Positions 1-12,709 of a stretch of DNA of 64,000 bases are shown in pieces. Location: the NCBI GenBank assembly GCA_025201805.1, contig MU619308.1, forward strand, positions 70,443 to 134,442, written 5' to 3'. Positions within the stretch are counted from its first letter, which is position 1. Each line of letters starts with the position of its first letter. Both the position numbers and the translations under genes were made by a program. Source of the stretch: Parasitella parasitica NRRL 2501. Taxonomy: Eukaryota; Fungi; Mucoromycota. The notes beneath the pieces were generated by a model. That model was not told the origin of the DNA. It saw only the letters and a list, made by a program, of their open reading frames with translations, and made no database searches.

Positions 1-1251
1 GTGATCGCCCCATCCCTGGTTCCAAGCTAACATTGTCTGCCAAGTTTTTGAGAGACATGCGTGGTCAATTACCTGCCAATATACTTGTTCAAGCCAAAGA
101 ATACGAAAAGTTTCTCTCTACACAAACTGAAAAGTTCAAATTTTCGCCCATTTATGTCAGTAGCGGCATGATGGCCTGCTTGCTTAATTCATTGTCTAGT
201 GATCAGGTAATCTTTGGTCTTTTTTCATTTGAATTGTGCACAAGGGCAAAGTACCTAACCTCGTATATTTCTTTAGATATCAATTAGTTTGTCTAATTTC
301 AGTACGCTAATGAAGAGAGTTCTTTATGCAGGATTCAAACTTAGAGGCATTGGTAAATTCAATATTGCAAATACAATGGAGATGAGCACTAACAATCACA
401 TTCCAGACAAAGCGCTTGTGAATTTCGATTTGGATATCCAGAAAGTTACTCAGGAAACAGGTCAAACCATGACATCTGCTCCAATGTCAAAGGAGGTATC
501 CATCAAGATGCTAGATCCGAAAGAATACGACGACGAAATATCGAGATATATCGACTCCCAAGATGAGAATGAAGGGCGCTTGATTCAGTCTGTAATGGAT
601 GCTCTTTATGCACAGGGAGAAACAGGCTTGACTTTGTATCAGCTAAAAGTACACTTGAATGGCTCTTGTTCAGATCAAGACATCACGAGGATCATTCATA
701 AACTCCGTTACAATGATCCGGCTTTAGTTTGTCGAGTAGGCTTTAATTCTGTTCGGTATGTCCACGTCAAATTCGCCAGCATCTGGACTGTCAACAACAG
801 AAATCAGGAGCTACCCAAATATACCCCTGAGAACAGCGAAAATATCATAAAACATTCGAATGGCAAATTCCAAGCTGATCTGGTCAGGAAGGACATCGTC
901 ATCCCAAGCTTATGGGTTGATATGAATGGCCATGTCACCGAATTAGTCCTGAATGGCTGTAAAGAGGCTATTGTTGATCTGGTCCTTCGAAAACCTGGCA
1001 TCTCGGAAGCCGATATTTATCGCCATATGAGCAAAGGTCTCAGCAAGAGAGAAGTGCGTGATTTACTGGACATGCTAGTTGAGCAACAGGCATTGCGGCA
1101 GATCCAGGTGCAATCTTTCCTCCTGGAATCTGAAAGAAGAAGTTCCATCTTTTCTAATAGGAAGATTCTGAAATGTACAAGAAATAACAGCATAGAAAAG
1201 AATACTCAATCCTGCTTCTGGATTACTACAGGCACTTATTCCAGCATGTAA
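1..1251 (+). CDS. 3' portion of probable RNA polymerase III transcription factor TFIIIC B-block-binding subunit (Tfc3/Sfc3/GTF3C1-like); partial at window edge
   Basis: ORFs 33-287 and 289-1251 join in frame through a GT-AG intron at 207-276. The C-terminal segment (LWVDMNGH...AIVDLVLRKPGISEADIYRHMSKGLSKREVRDLLDMLVEQQAL) resembles the fungal Tfc3/Sfc3 C-terminal winged-helix region; family assigned from recall. Confidence 0.6.
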
Positions 1252-3186
1252 TTTCCACGAATAGTAAAATAATTAAACTGTATGTTCTTTTCTTCAAATT
1301 AAAACAAAATACTATGGTGTCCCAATAGTTTTTCAATGTAGCATATGCACTTCTCCTTATACAGTGTTCCTTCATAATTCGATGAAAAAAAAAAATGTCT
1401 CCAAAAGCTACAACCTTGACCTTGGGCAATCATTTGATGAGATTTAGATGCCAATAAATGACCATCTTAAATTATTATTATCAACATTTCGGATTATACT
1501 TTTCGATTTGCTCTATAGTTTTAGTAAAATTTTCTGATATCTAGTTGTGAAAAAGGGTTACAAGATGTCGCATTTGAGTCAAACTTGGCGAATTTCAATA
1601 ATTAAACGTAGCTTCATCATACCTTATAAGAATAATCAAGTATTTTACTATACATTTACCTTAACCATTTAGGAATTTGCATTGTAAACTGCACATCCAC
1701 GTATAATTTCAGACAATAAAGTTGAATGTTATAGGCAGAAGGCAGACATTGCGCTTCAGCAGTAAATCATATGCAAACTCAATCAATGGTAGAGCGTCGT
1801 AGTTTAGTTTGACTAGATGCTAAATACAAATCCTGAGTTTATGCAGAATTTATCATATTTTAAAACATCTGATGTCGACGAGAAACTCGGCGATTACGCA
1901 AGATGCCAAGTTCTTTGTGAATACATATCGTATCAAATAAGGATTGACATATTAGCAAATAGAGATCGTGTGGTCACATGTATGAAAGATAGATATTCAG
2001 AACATTTAGAAGCTTCATATAAGCCGAAAGTACGTTGCGAAATTGCGTCAACCAGCTATACGAGTGCGATGCAGAACTGACTTTCTATAGTTGTGATTTA
2101 CACAGTTATTCCTTGATAAACATGCTTATGCTATAAATTGCGTGGCTTCTTGGTTACTTTAATCTATATGGAGCAAACAATAAAAACCTTTAAAAAAAAT
2201 GCATATGAAAATTAGTACCGTAGCTACAAGAGCGTGTCGTTTGTGCTCTAACCAACAGTACGTGGATCATACAGGTGTCCACAATATATACGGTACAACA
2301 CTTAAATGCCTGTATATGAATCGGGTCTGATGTTATAATGATACAGATATATAAAAATTAAACGCATTCAAAAATAACTTTCATAGAATTTCACTTAATT
2401 TCGGATAGCAGTTGGTATTCTTACTACCCTTATTATCGTGTTGTAAACTAACGATACCCACTGTATAGGGCCTCCTCCTGATCCTTTATCGTCAGTTGTA
2501 CTGTACTGATATTATTCGGTTGAGACAAAAATCCTGTATACATGCTGCGAATAGATACATACTATACATTATACTAGCTTATCGAATCATCTTGCTATGC
2601 GAGCCTTGTATGGTGATCTTTTAGTGATAATTCGAATAGCTCCAAGATATTCTGTGATATGCATTTATAGTACACGAACCAACTACATGCATTCTCTATA
2701 AAATATACCACTAGTATTTTTTATAAGGCCGCTGTAAACATGTAGCGATATGTTCACTTGTAACTATTATATAGGCCGTGTAAATCGTTACATGGTATAT
2801 AATCTGTATCTGCATGTGTGCAGGCATGTTTCACATCACGGAAAGTAAAGCGGCCAAAGCATTTGTGTATTCATGTAACTGTGCTTTTGTATACCAAGTT
2901 TTTCACTTTTAAGGTTCGCTTATATCCGTTCACTCGTCATGACCTTTTTTGCCCAGGAAAAAATTCCAATTGAGGAGACGTTTGACTCCATATGGACCGC
3001 AAAACAGACTAGTAAAATTGCCAAGTTGGCACCATTATCCGTATTTCCATGTTACTTATATTAATGTCAAGTACATAATTAGTTCACTTTACATGAAGAC
3101 ATATAAATAAACGTATGTAAAATGTAAGACTCAAGTATTTTTTTTTTCTTCTTTTTTTTATTTTTTTATTGTTAGATTACGATAAA

Positions 3187-5349
3187 ATGACTTATTCAAA
3201 TCGAACATCTTTCATGACTGCAGAGCAGGATTCTCCAAGGACATCGCACAAATCATCATTTGAGCATTACAACCACTTTTATGTTACACGACATGGTAAA
3301 TCAGCATTGCATTCTAAGCAGACTCAGGATTGTAAATCCGTGTTTAAAAATTCTTTTGAAAATGTTCATCTCTCTCCAACTGTGTCCTCTCAATCATCTA
3401 TTTCAGAAGGCATAGAATCCAGTCATACTGTCATTAATGGCTCCTCGCAAACAGTGTACAACCTTCCAGATGATGATAATGCTGCTGAAACAAAAGCGCA
3501 TGGCACAAATAGTAAAGCCGAGATTGATCCGGATTACACCACGATCAGGGCAGCACCATATGAATTAAAAACATACCCTATCGCTTGGGTCCTCTTATTT
3601 TTTATTGTAGTTATCCGTGCAGCAGTTGCTATTTTTTCCAACACGTTTAGTCCGATTCCTTCGGTAACTGCTGAATTCATGGGCATATCACTTTCGAGCA
3701 TCAACTGGTTGTATAATACCATGGCTATATGCTACATTATAGCAAGCTTCTTTACTAGTTACTTGTACAAGAAGATAGGTGTCAAATGGTCGGTAAGTTC
3801 TGTTTGATTCATGCAAGATGCTGGCAGTAATTGATATAAACAATTTACAGCTGTTTTTTTCAGGATTAGTTTTGTCGGCTGGCTGCTGGATCAGATGGGT
3901 AGCAGTAAAGATCAATCCTCCTTCATTCCCTTTGTTAATGGTAGGGCAGACCGTAGCTTCATTGAGCTCTCCTATCAGCTTGAACATAATGACAACGGTA
4001 GGATTTCCATTTTTGGCTGCATACAGCAAAGCTTACTTGTATATTTGCTTCAGTTTGCGGCAGTCTGGTTTACGGAGAATAGGCGAGCAACAGCTGGCAT
4101 GTTTATTGGTATGGATAGCATCATATTATGACCGATATCGGCGTTCTTACATTGCTTAAATAGTATCTAATTATGGTGCTATCATTGCAATGTTTCTTAT
4201 GCCTGCTCTCGCTACAGGAAAAGACAAGATCGAATTAACAGTAAATTACACACTTCATAAAGAATGCAGCATATTCTAATTTATAAACAGGTAATCGTAG
4301 TAGCTAGTATTGCAAGCATAGCTACTATCCCATTCCTTTTTTTCCCGTCGAAACCACCCACTCCTAGTTCTTATCCGGTTACCGTCGCTAACATCTCAAA
4401 GCAAAGATTAACCCTACGTCAAGGGGCTATACTTTTATTGAAAAACCCTCATTTTTTGATTTTAACCATCATCCACAGCTTAAATATTGGGTTGTCTATT
4501 GCTTGGAACGGCTTGATGAATCAAGCAATCTCGCCTTATGGGTATACTGACAATGAGATTGGCAATATTGCTGCAATTGGTGTCGTTGGCGGAACACTGG
4601 GATGTCGTAAGTGGAGCTTTTAACGTTGCTACATAAACTATTATGCGCCTAACAATGCTTTAGTCATGTCAGGGCCAATCATTGATAGAACGAAGCAGCA
4701 CAAAATACTTTTAAAAATCATGGCCCCACTAATGTTTAGCACGTATGTAGCTTTTGTTTTTGTTGGTAAGCACTTGCAAATAATTATTGTTCTTATCCAT
4801 TTACAAACATGAGCCTGATTCAACCCGCTCCTCCCATAGTCAAGAAAGATTCATTTGCGGCTATCTTGTATACGAACATGCTTAGTCAATTTTTTCTAAG
4901 TTTTATGGTACCCGTGTGTGTTGAGTTAGGAGTTGAAGGTATAGACATTGATCGCTTGTAGAGACACACAGTTATTTAATCTAACTGACGTCAAAATATT
5001 AGTATCTTATCCTGTTACTGAATCCTTGTCTACTTCCATACTCTGGCAAATAGCACAGCTTGTTGGATTCATTCTAGTGCTTATCATGGACTTATTTCGA
5101 GATGAAAATGGAGAGCCTAAAGACAACCTTTACAAAGCACTGATATTCCAAGCAGCAATAGCCGGCATTTGCTTTGTCTTCTCGATGCTTTTCAGTGGGC
5201 CTATGACTAGAACCGAGGCCTTAAAAGTTCAGGAGAAGGTCACTCAACCTGAATTTGCAACTAACGCCATGTCTCGATGTCATTATGATTCAGCAGACAC
5301 AACGCAAACCCTCACAGGATATCAAGTTCAAAGCAAACAAGAAGTCTGA
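3187..5349 (+). CDS. Major facilitator superfamily transporter, FLVCR/SLC49-like (multi-exon)
   Basis: A hydrophilic N-terminus is followed by multiple TM segments spread over ORFs 3169-3807, 3818-4159, 4264-4623 and 4948-5349 with short GT-AG introns. Motifs: AAVWFTENRRATA, FPSKPPTP, LLLKNPHFLIL, ELGVE..YPVTESLST. Confidence 0.85.
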
Positions 5350-5501
5350 ATATTGATGGCATATTCTTGTATGTGAAGGATAACCAGATGTAAATCACAT
5401 ATATACATAAAGATACTCTTATTCTTTTGAATCAGGCGAGCAATTTTTATTAAAGAACATTTAAATGATGCTTACATGGATACAAATTCTACAACTCTGG
5501 C

Positions 5502-8500
5502 CTATTTTTGTTTTGGGTATATTAAATTGTGATACTTTCTCAAATGTCGCTTGAAGTAAAATCTACAGTTCAAATGTTTTTGACATTTTGCGCAATAGAA
5601 TGTGGGACTGAGCGGGTCAACTTTCGCCTCAGGATCGACGTTCATTTGACGAACAGGCTTTAATATCATTGAATGAAATTTTCTACAATGTAATCGATGC
5701 TTTGGCATTGATCTTCTCCGTTCTTTGCATACGCGACAGTAGAAGTTAGGATCATATGGATCTGGTATTTGGTTATCTTTCATTTTCTCAACTCGAATGA
5801 CAACAGTAGGGTGGCGCATGATGGTAGGTGATGGAGCGCCTTCCATTGAATGTTTTGTGCTGAAATGGGTCTTGTTCTTGGAGATGTTTTCATAGACAGG
5901 GTATTTAGCATTAGGATCATTAGACTTGGAATATTCAGGAGGTGCAAAATACGATGTTTGCTTTGAACTTGCATTTGATCGTCTAGGTGAGTGCCGTGTT
6001 CCAGTAGGCCTTGATTTCAATAAAATGTCATTAGAACCTGAGGCTTGATCCTGACGTACTATTATTCTTTGATGATCCCAGCGTAGATGGGTTCTGAAGG
6101 GCGAAATACTCTTGTAAATATTTGGACAGTATGAACAGGGTATTTCATTTGGATTATCAATCCTCAAAGTTTCTTTGGTTATCTTCTTTGCCCTTGATCG
6201 TGTTGTGATTAATGTGTGTGATTCGCGTAAATGACCCTTATATTCGACTAGCTTTTCAAACTGTTTGTTGCACGGTTGACAAACGTACTTGTTTTCACTT
6301 AATCGAAGCAGCATGTGCTCAAATCTCGTGTATTTCAAAGATTCCATTTTCTTGCAATGAGCTTGCAAAAAATGGTCATTGTAGTTCTGAAAGCTAGTAA
6401 ACGATATTTCACACTGATTGCAATAGTTGCTGCAATTTTTATCATTCGGAGATGTATAGTCCTTTAACTGTAGTTTGTCTACATTTGCGTGAATAAATCC
6501 AGAAGAGCTACCTTTTTCGGTCAGTGTATCTGAGGCAATCGTTGCAAATGAGGGAATTGGTGTGCCTGGTGCATCTGGTGTGTCTGGTGTGTCTGGTGTA
6601 CCTGGTGTGCCTGGTGTGCCTGGTGTGCCTGGTATGCCTGGCGTGTCTGGTGCGATTGAGGTGTCTGGGGCAATTGGTGCATCTGAAGCCATCGTTGTAT
6701 CTGAAGTGGTCGCTGGATGGGTTTGGTTTATATGATCCATGTACAGTTTGTGATCTTTGAAAGTTCTCTTACAATGTTTACAGTTGTAGATAGGAACAAC
6801 AGAATCTGGCGGAAGGGTGGTTTGATATGGTCGACTATAATTTTCAGGATTATCAGCATATTGGTTCCCATCGGAAGCTCCTCTAACCGCTACTCTGATA
6901 GAATGTGTATAAGTCAGATGCGCTCGGAAAGATCTCCTAGATTCATAATTTTGCTCGCAAGCCCTACAATAGAAGTTGGGGTCGCTCTCATCTGGCTTCA
7001 AGTGAAAATACTTGATAGTTGTTACCAGGTGTGTACGCTTTATGTGCTCCACGTAGTTAACGCTGCTTTTAATGTATATATTACATCCGCAGCAGTAGTA
7101 AAGAGAATCGGCTGACTGTTGTTCGTCAATCTCTCTGTTTAAAGTTGGGGTTTTAGCCATGTCAGGTTGTTGAGGTGTATCAATGAGATTATGAGTGGTT
7201 TTGATGTGCCTTCGGAACATCGACTTGGAGGGATACTTTTGTTCGCACGCTTCACAGTAGAGCCGAGGATTATTAATATCTGGCTTTATCTGGAAGTGTT
7301 TAATTTTCAGCATCGAATGAGCGTTTTTGATGTGCTGCTTGTAATTCCTGTAGTTATTGATGTATTGGTTGCATCCACAGCAATAGCAACGGGATTTTTT
7401 TAAATGCTGATCATCAGCAAACTGTTGTTGTTGTGCTGAATCAAGTTGATGGATATTCTTTAAATGTTGTCCGAAAGCCCACAGATCTTTACAGTTTTTT
7501 TCACAAGCTTTGCAGTAAAAATTAGGGTCTTTGATGTCTGGTTTCAGGTGGAAAGACTTGATTTTTGACGTCATGTGTCTATGCTTGATGTGCTCCAAGT
7601 AGCTAGAGTATCCACTGATGAATCCATCGCAGCCACAGCAATAGTAAAACGAAGTTTCTGAAGGCTGCTCGCCTGCTTTTTCAAGCCGTGATTTTGTATC
7701 AAGTTTGTGAAGAACACTCATATGAGCTCGAAATGCGTTCTTTCCCGAGAATTTTCGCTCACAAGCTTTGCAGTAAAAATTGGGATCATGGATGTCTGGT
7801 TTTACTTCAAAATGTTTGATTGTTGAACTTGGATGACTGATTTTGATATGGCTCCTAAATTCAGAATATCCGACAATGTGTCTATTACATCCACAGCAAT
7901 AAAAAGAAGAGGTGTCGTTAGAGCTTCCAGCCTTCGAAAGTCTTGTCATATGTTTGATGTTAATTTTGTGTGTGAGCTTCAGATGCTGTCGATATAATAT
8001 TCGTGTTTTATATTTTTTTTCACAAGCAATACAGTAAAAGTTGTCATCATAGGGATCGGGCCTGAGATGAAAGTGCTTAATTCGCAGCCTTGAGTGTCGA
8101 GTTTCGATATGCTTCAAGTACATGGCGTAGTTTTTGATACTTCGATTACATGCACAGCAATAGTAGTCGGTATCATCTTCCGCAGAGTGACCTCTTCCTA
8201 AATGTGTGGTTGCAATTAACATCAATTTCCAAATTTTACACAGTCTATGGATATACATTACCGTCGAGTGAAACATTATCTTGCTCTAAACTCTCTCGCT
8301 TCACCGCATCCTCCAGTTTTAGAAAACTCTCTTCTTGATTGAAGTGTACGTTGCCAATTCCCTCATTTTCATGGGCAATGTCACCGTCACTTGAATTGAT
8401 ACTTTTCTCGTCAGCGACAAAATAAATCCCTTTCTTGGTGTCACGGGCGTTTCTGGTCTTGACTTCCTTCATACTATCATCTTCGTCCAGATCCTCCCCA

Positions 8501-8622
8501 GCTCTTATCCTTTTTTTTCTGGGGGTGATGGTATGATCTTCGCATTCTCGCTTCTGTGTTGCAGCGTATTCAAACAGGGTATCTGGATCACTTGGTTCAG
8601 ATTTGATGAAAATTTCATCCAT
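5502..8622 (-). CDS. Multi-C2H2 zinc-finger protein (~1020 aa) with five tandem paired-finger modules
   Basis: Exon 8622-8262, intron 8261-8198 (GTAATG...TTTAG, phase 1), then a long exon to the stop at 5502. Repeated units YYCCGC-x12-H-x4-H and PDxxDPNFYCxxC-x12-H-x4-H. Confidence 0.85.
6559..6690. repeat. 9-bp coding minisatellite (PGT/PDT/PDA tripeptide repeats)
   Basis: Tandem ggtgtgcct/ggtgtgtct/ggtgcatct units translate to [32 protein letters not shown]. Confidence 0.85.
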
Positions 8623-9005
8623 GATACCTTTATGATCTTGAAGTATTGTAGCTTTAGGATGATATGCTATACTATCTACTTGTGTTTCAAATCAGAAATT
8701 TCTGCATTCATCCTGCTAACATTCCGTACTTACTCGTAAACTTGTCTTCTTGCTTCATTGTTGATGGAATATGTGAAAGATCCATTGTGGGTTATGCCAG
8801 GCCAGTGTGATGGCTCGGTGCTCCAAACACCCAAGTGCACTAATTGTACCTTCATTCATAGAGGGTTTTCGAACAAAACAAAACAAAAAAAAAAAAAAAA
8901 AAAAAAGAGAATGCAAAGTAACTTTAAGCCACGTTTCCCAAAAGCAAAACAAGGTCTGTAAACTGCTTGCCTATTGAATATGAACGTCTGTATCAAGACA
9001 TTGTT

Positions 9006-10662
9006 CTAATTGATCTTTATTTCTGAGCTCTTTCTTTTTCGTTTCGTCTGCATTTGATGAACCTTGCGGCAATGCAATTGTAATTCGTTTACTGAATTCA
9101 TGCTTATTTTGCACACAGAACAGTAAAAATTAGGATTACTAGGATCAGGCCAAATATTACCAAAATCCTTTGTCGTTTTCATGTCAATAAAATGAACCAA
9201 GTGCACATGAATTCTGTAATTCCAACTAGAAAGGAAAACTGAATTGCATTCATGGCAGTAATTTTCTTCATTGATGTCAATTTCCCTTGTGGAGGAACGT
9301 TCTCCTAACGAATTTTCGATACTGGGTATATGTTGCTTATGTATATTTGATGATGGGGCAACTATCATGCCAGACGCTTCTTCTACGCTTCTTTTTTTGC
9401 GTGATTTGTAATAGGAGCCAGGGTCTTCAGGGTCTGGGGATTCTTCATCGGATCGGAATCCTTCAGCAAGCATTGTATTATAATGATCCACCAGTAAACA
9501 TTGAGTATCAAATTGAAGGTGGCAACAAATGCATACATAGCTGAAGTTGAGTAGATCAGGAAGTGTATCATGGTGTGAAATTAGGTGTTTTCCGTGTTGG
9601 TCTTTTAAATGTTGTACATATGGAGCACTGGTCTCATATTGTTTCTGGCACAGAAGACAGTAATTGCGTGGAGTTATTATTTTGGGAAGCTTGTTCGGGT
9701 TTTTATCGGGTTTGTATGTCTTATGCCTGTAGTCTATATGTCTACGAAACAAATCTCGTGTCAGGTAAGTAATGTTACAAGTAACGCAATAATTTATGGA
9801 GTGCCCTGTTGATGGGTGGTCTAAAAATCGTAGTTTACACACACGATCTTTATAATCCTTTATCGCCCCGTGATTTCCATTACAAACTTCACAAGGATAT
9901 GCTCGAGTTTCTAAAATTTCAGTGCAATCGTATCTTGGCAGTATGTAATGGACTAGTTGTAAGTGTCGTTGGTAGCGTTCCAGAGATTTACATTCTCGCT
10001 CGCAAGCTCGGCAATAGGTAGTGATTTGGTCAATTGGTTGGTAGTGGACATGTCTTATTTTTTCTGAATCAATTTGTACATTGTGAGTTATTTTCAAATG
10101 ATGTAAAAATTGTTCGTAATCTGCTGTCGATTCATAACATAAACTACATTGAATTCCTGGATTTTTGAATTCAGATGCTGTATCTTCGTCTATAATAAAC
10201 TATAATTAGTTAAATGTCATATAATGTCAAGAGCCTCATTAGCATACCACCAATCGAAAAGGAATCATACATTTCGACTTCTTGGTTTATCAGATCGTTG
10301 TTGTTGTTCTTAATATGAGCCATGCCACCGGTAAGAACAATTGTGTCCTCACTCTTATGAGCAATATCTTTGTAATAATTTGAGAAAATTAGATCACTGT
10401 CAGTTTATTATTAGAATCCTGCGGAAGCACAATAATACAATATTAAACCCACAAATTGCCCACTTCCAATGCGCACTCGCGAGCTTCTTTGAATGCATAG
10501 TCTATGAGGTCATCTGCATTCTGCTCGTTATTTTTCAAAGCAAAATTTTCACAGGAGTTTATTTCATCCAGGCTGCTAGCTATGACGGTCATTAAGTTGA
10601 TTATATTTTGATTGTTACAAATGTAAAGCAGATGTAAAAAGTTTCTTTACCTCTTGGCTCCA
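9006..10662 (-). CDS. Second multi-C2H2 zinc-finger protein, tandem paralogue of 5502-8622; 5' exons uncertain, several fingers degenerate
   Basis: ORF 9006-10097 has CxxC-x12-H-x4-H fingers and a PDPSNPNFYC motif and extends upstream to an acceptor near 10190. Upstream minus-strand pieces (DDLIDYAFKEAREC; DIAHKSE...YDSFSIG) match the neighbour's N-terminus ([14 protein letters not shown]; DIAHENE...DNVSLDG). Confidence 0.7.
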
Positions 10663-10869
10663 TTTTCTTTATTCAATAGGCTGGCATGGAAAAAAAACTC
10701 CTGTTGATGATTTGTCTGATGGCTGCAACTACTATATTGTTCACAAGTCACTTGCTCCCTGTGAAGAACCGCGAAGTTCCGCAAAAGACATAATTGATTT
10801 GGCCATGAATTAATTATGTCAATATTATATATACATACAATACGAAGCCGGAACTATGAAAAAGCCTCA

Positions 10870-11643
10870 TCTTGAACCTTGGTACTAGTCTCACATCTGG
10901 TCAATGGTAGAGATTGGGTTTGATGCTTTAAAGGACATTGATGCTGTAACCACTGAATCTGCGGGCCACTCAGGTTGGAAACGAAAAATGCTAATAGACA
11001 TATCTCGTCGCTGAAAATAATGGATTATATGAAATTTGAGCGCAGACTTGACATGATTTTTCGACAAAACATAAGCGATCATTCAGAAGCTCTGGAATTT
11101 GATGGCAGTGAAGCAAGTATTAAAGACATTGGTAATACTGGCGCAAAATATCCGCATGAAAGAATGTGTAAGCTTCTGCGTGCGCTCAAGAATATGCCCG
11201 AGAGACTCCATAAAGTATTGTTGAAGACTGACCAGCGCAATAAACACAATTGAGAACCGTAGGATTTATACTCAGTGTTCTCAATAGCTATATGTTCACA
11301 TTGAATAAACCTACTATATATATTTCTCGTGCCAATTTTTACAAAGCTATCAGAATAAACCTACTATATATATTTCTCGTGTCAATTTTTACAAAGCTAT
11401 CAGTATTGCTTCGCACATCTCTCAGTTTAGATCTACAATTCCTGCAATCTACTCCGCCTCAGCCTGTCCCCAAATTGTTGAAGTCATGAATTGGGTTAAC
11501 GCTTTGACAAAACCTCTCTGGATTTGGATACCTGTTTATTGAAACTACCTCCTCCCCCAATGCCAGTGACCTCCAGCTTGACAGAGACAGCCTCCACCTC
11601 AACAAGAGCATCTTCCAAGAAGAAATTAAAAAGCCAACAGTAA
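10870..11643 (+). pseudogene. Disrupted copy of a Mucoromycota-expanded restriction-endonuclease-fold (Crinkler-REase-like) family gene
   Basis: The stitched translation PWY*SHIWSMVEIGFDALKDIDAV..ESA..RK/NANRHIS..ERRLDMIFRQ..LEFDGSEAS..KLLRALKNM../LRTVGFILS contains an in-frame stop and frameshifts. It also carries a 50-bp tandem duplication (11303-11352 / 11353-11402). Family assigned from motif recall. Confidence 0.55.
11303..11402. repeat. 50-bp tandem duplication (one mismatch)
   Basis: gaataaacctactatatatatttctcgtg(c/t)caatttttacaaagctatca occurs twice head-to-tail. Confidence 0.95.
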
Positions 11644-12709
11644 TGATCCTCTTCCCATGTGTACCTGTTATATGGGACTAAAGATTTACATGACAATAGA
11701 TAAGGAAAAAAAAAAAAAAGATATAATAGGTAGACACTATGTCAAAAATAATGTAGAGTTACTAAAACACTAATGAACTATCTCAGAGAGAACAAAAAGC
11801 TATATTATTTAATGCTTTGGTATAAATTATATTTTCAAATGTATCAAATGGGGCGATAATATATACAAATATATATTAACGGGCAAGACATGAAATAGGC
11901 TTAAGGTGTCTGTAACCCCCTCCAACGTACAACATACCTATACAAAAAGCGTCAATCGAGAAGTTCAAAAGTGCAAGATGTTTTCAAAAAACCCCAATGG
12001 GCACTGGAGAAACAGTACTGACGAGGTTGTCCTGACGTTAATTTCGTGTCAAAAAAGTCTAGGCCATGAGATTTCATTGATAAGGGGCAGCAATTTGATT
12101 ACAGACGACAAAAAACAAACTGCTGGACGTAGTATTTTAGAAGCAATGATGTGTATTCCAAAAATCATGACTACAGCTAAACTTCATTAGCAATTTAAAA
12201 TCAAATGCACGAATAGACACAAGTACATGACCGACCAAAATGACGTTAAAAAACAAAGAAATGATTATATACTTGTATTAATTTCATTAAGAAGAACGGC
12301 CGCTATCTTATATCTTGTAAAGTGTCGTCTCTCTAAACCGTCAAAGATAAGAAATAAGACCACATTCGATTACATGCAATGTATAGCATAATATACATAC
12401 ATGAGTCTCTGTATTTTTGGCACCAAATAAAAATGTATATCAATGCATTATAATAAGTACATGTGCTTACATATATTCTACATCATAGTAGAATATATGA
12501 TCTGCAATTTTATTTTGTTTGTAAATATTTGTACAGTACATTGGAAATAGGGTAAAAAATAAAGTTGTTTTTTTCATAGACAGGAGTGAGTGATACGGAT
12601 ATGGACAGAAAGGAGTACGTAAAGAGAGGAAAAGGTATAAAGTTTTTAAAATTTCTATGAAATTTACGTGAAGGAAAGGAAACGATGGTGCAATATGAAT
12701 ATAAAGCAT

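Noticed and set aside
1775-1815. ctcaatcaatggtagagcgtc resembles a tRNA D-arm
   Set aside because: No T-arm (GTTCRA) or acceptor stem at the right spacing.
1817-2080. 87-aa ORF
   Set aside because: No recognisable motif or supporting exon structure; could be a decayed fragment, but that is unsupported.
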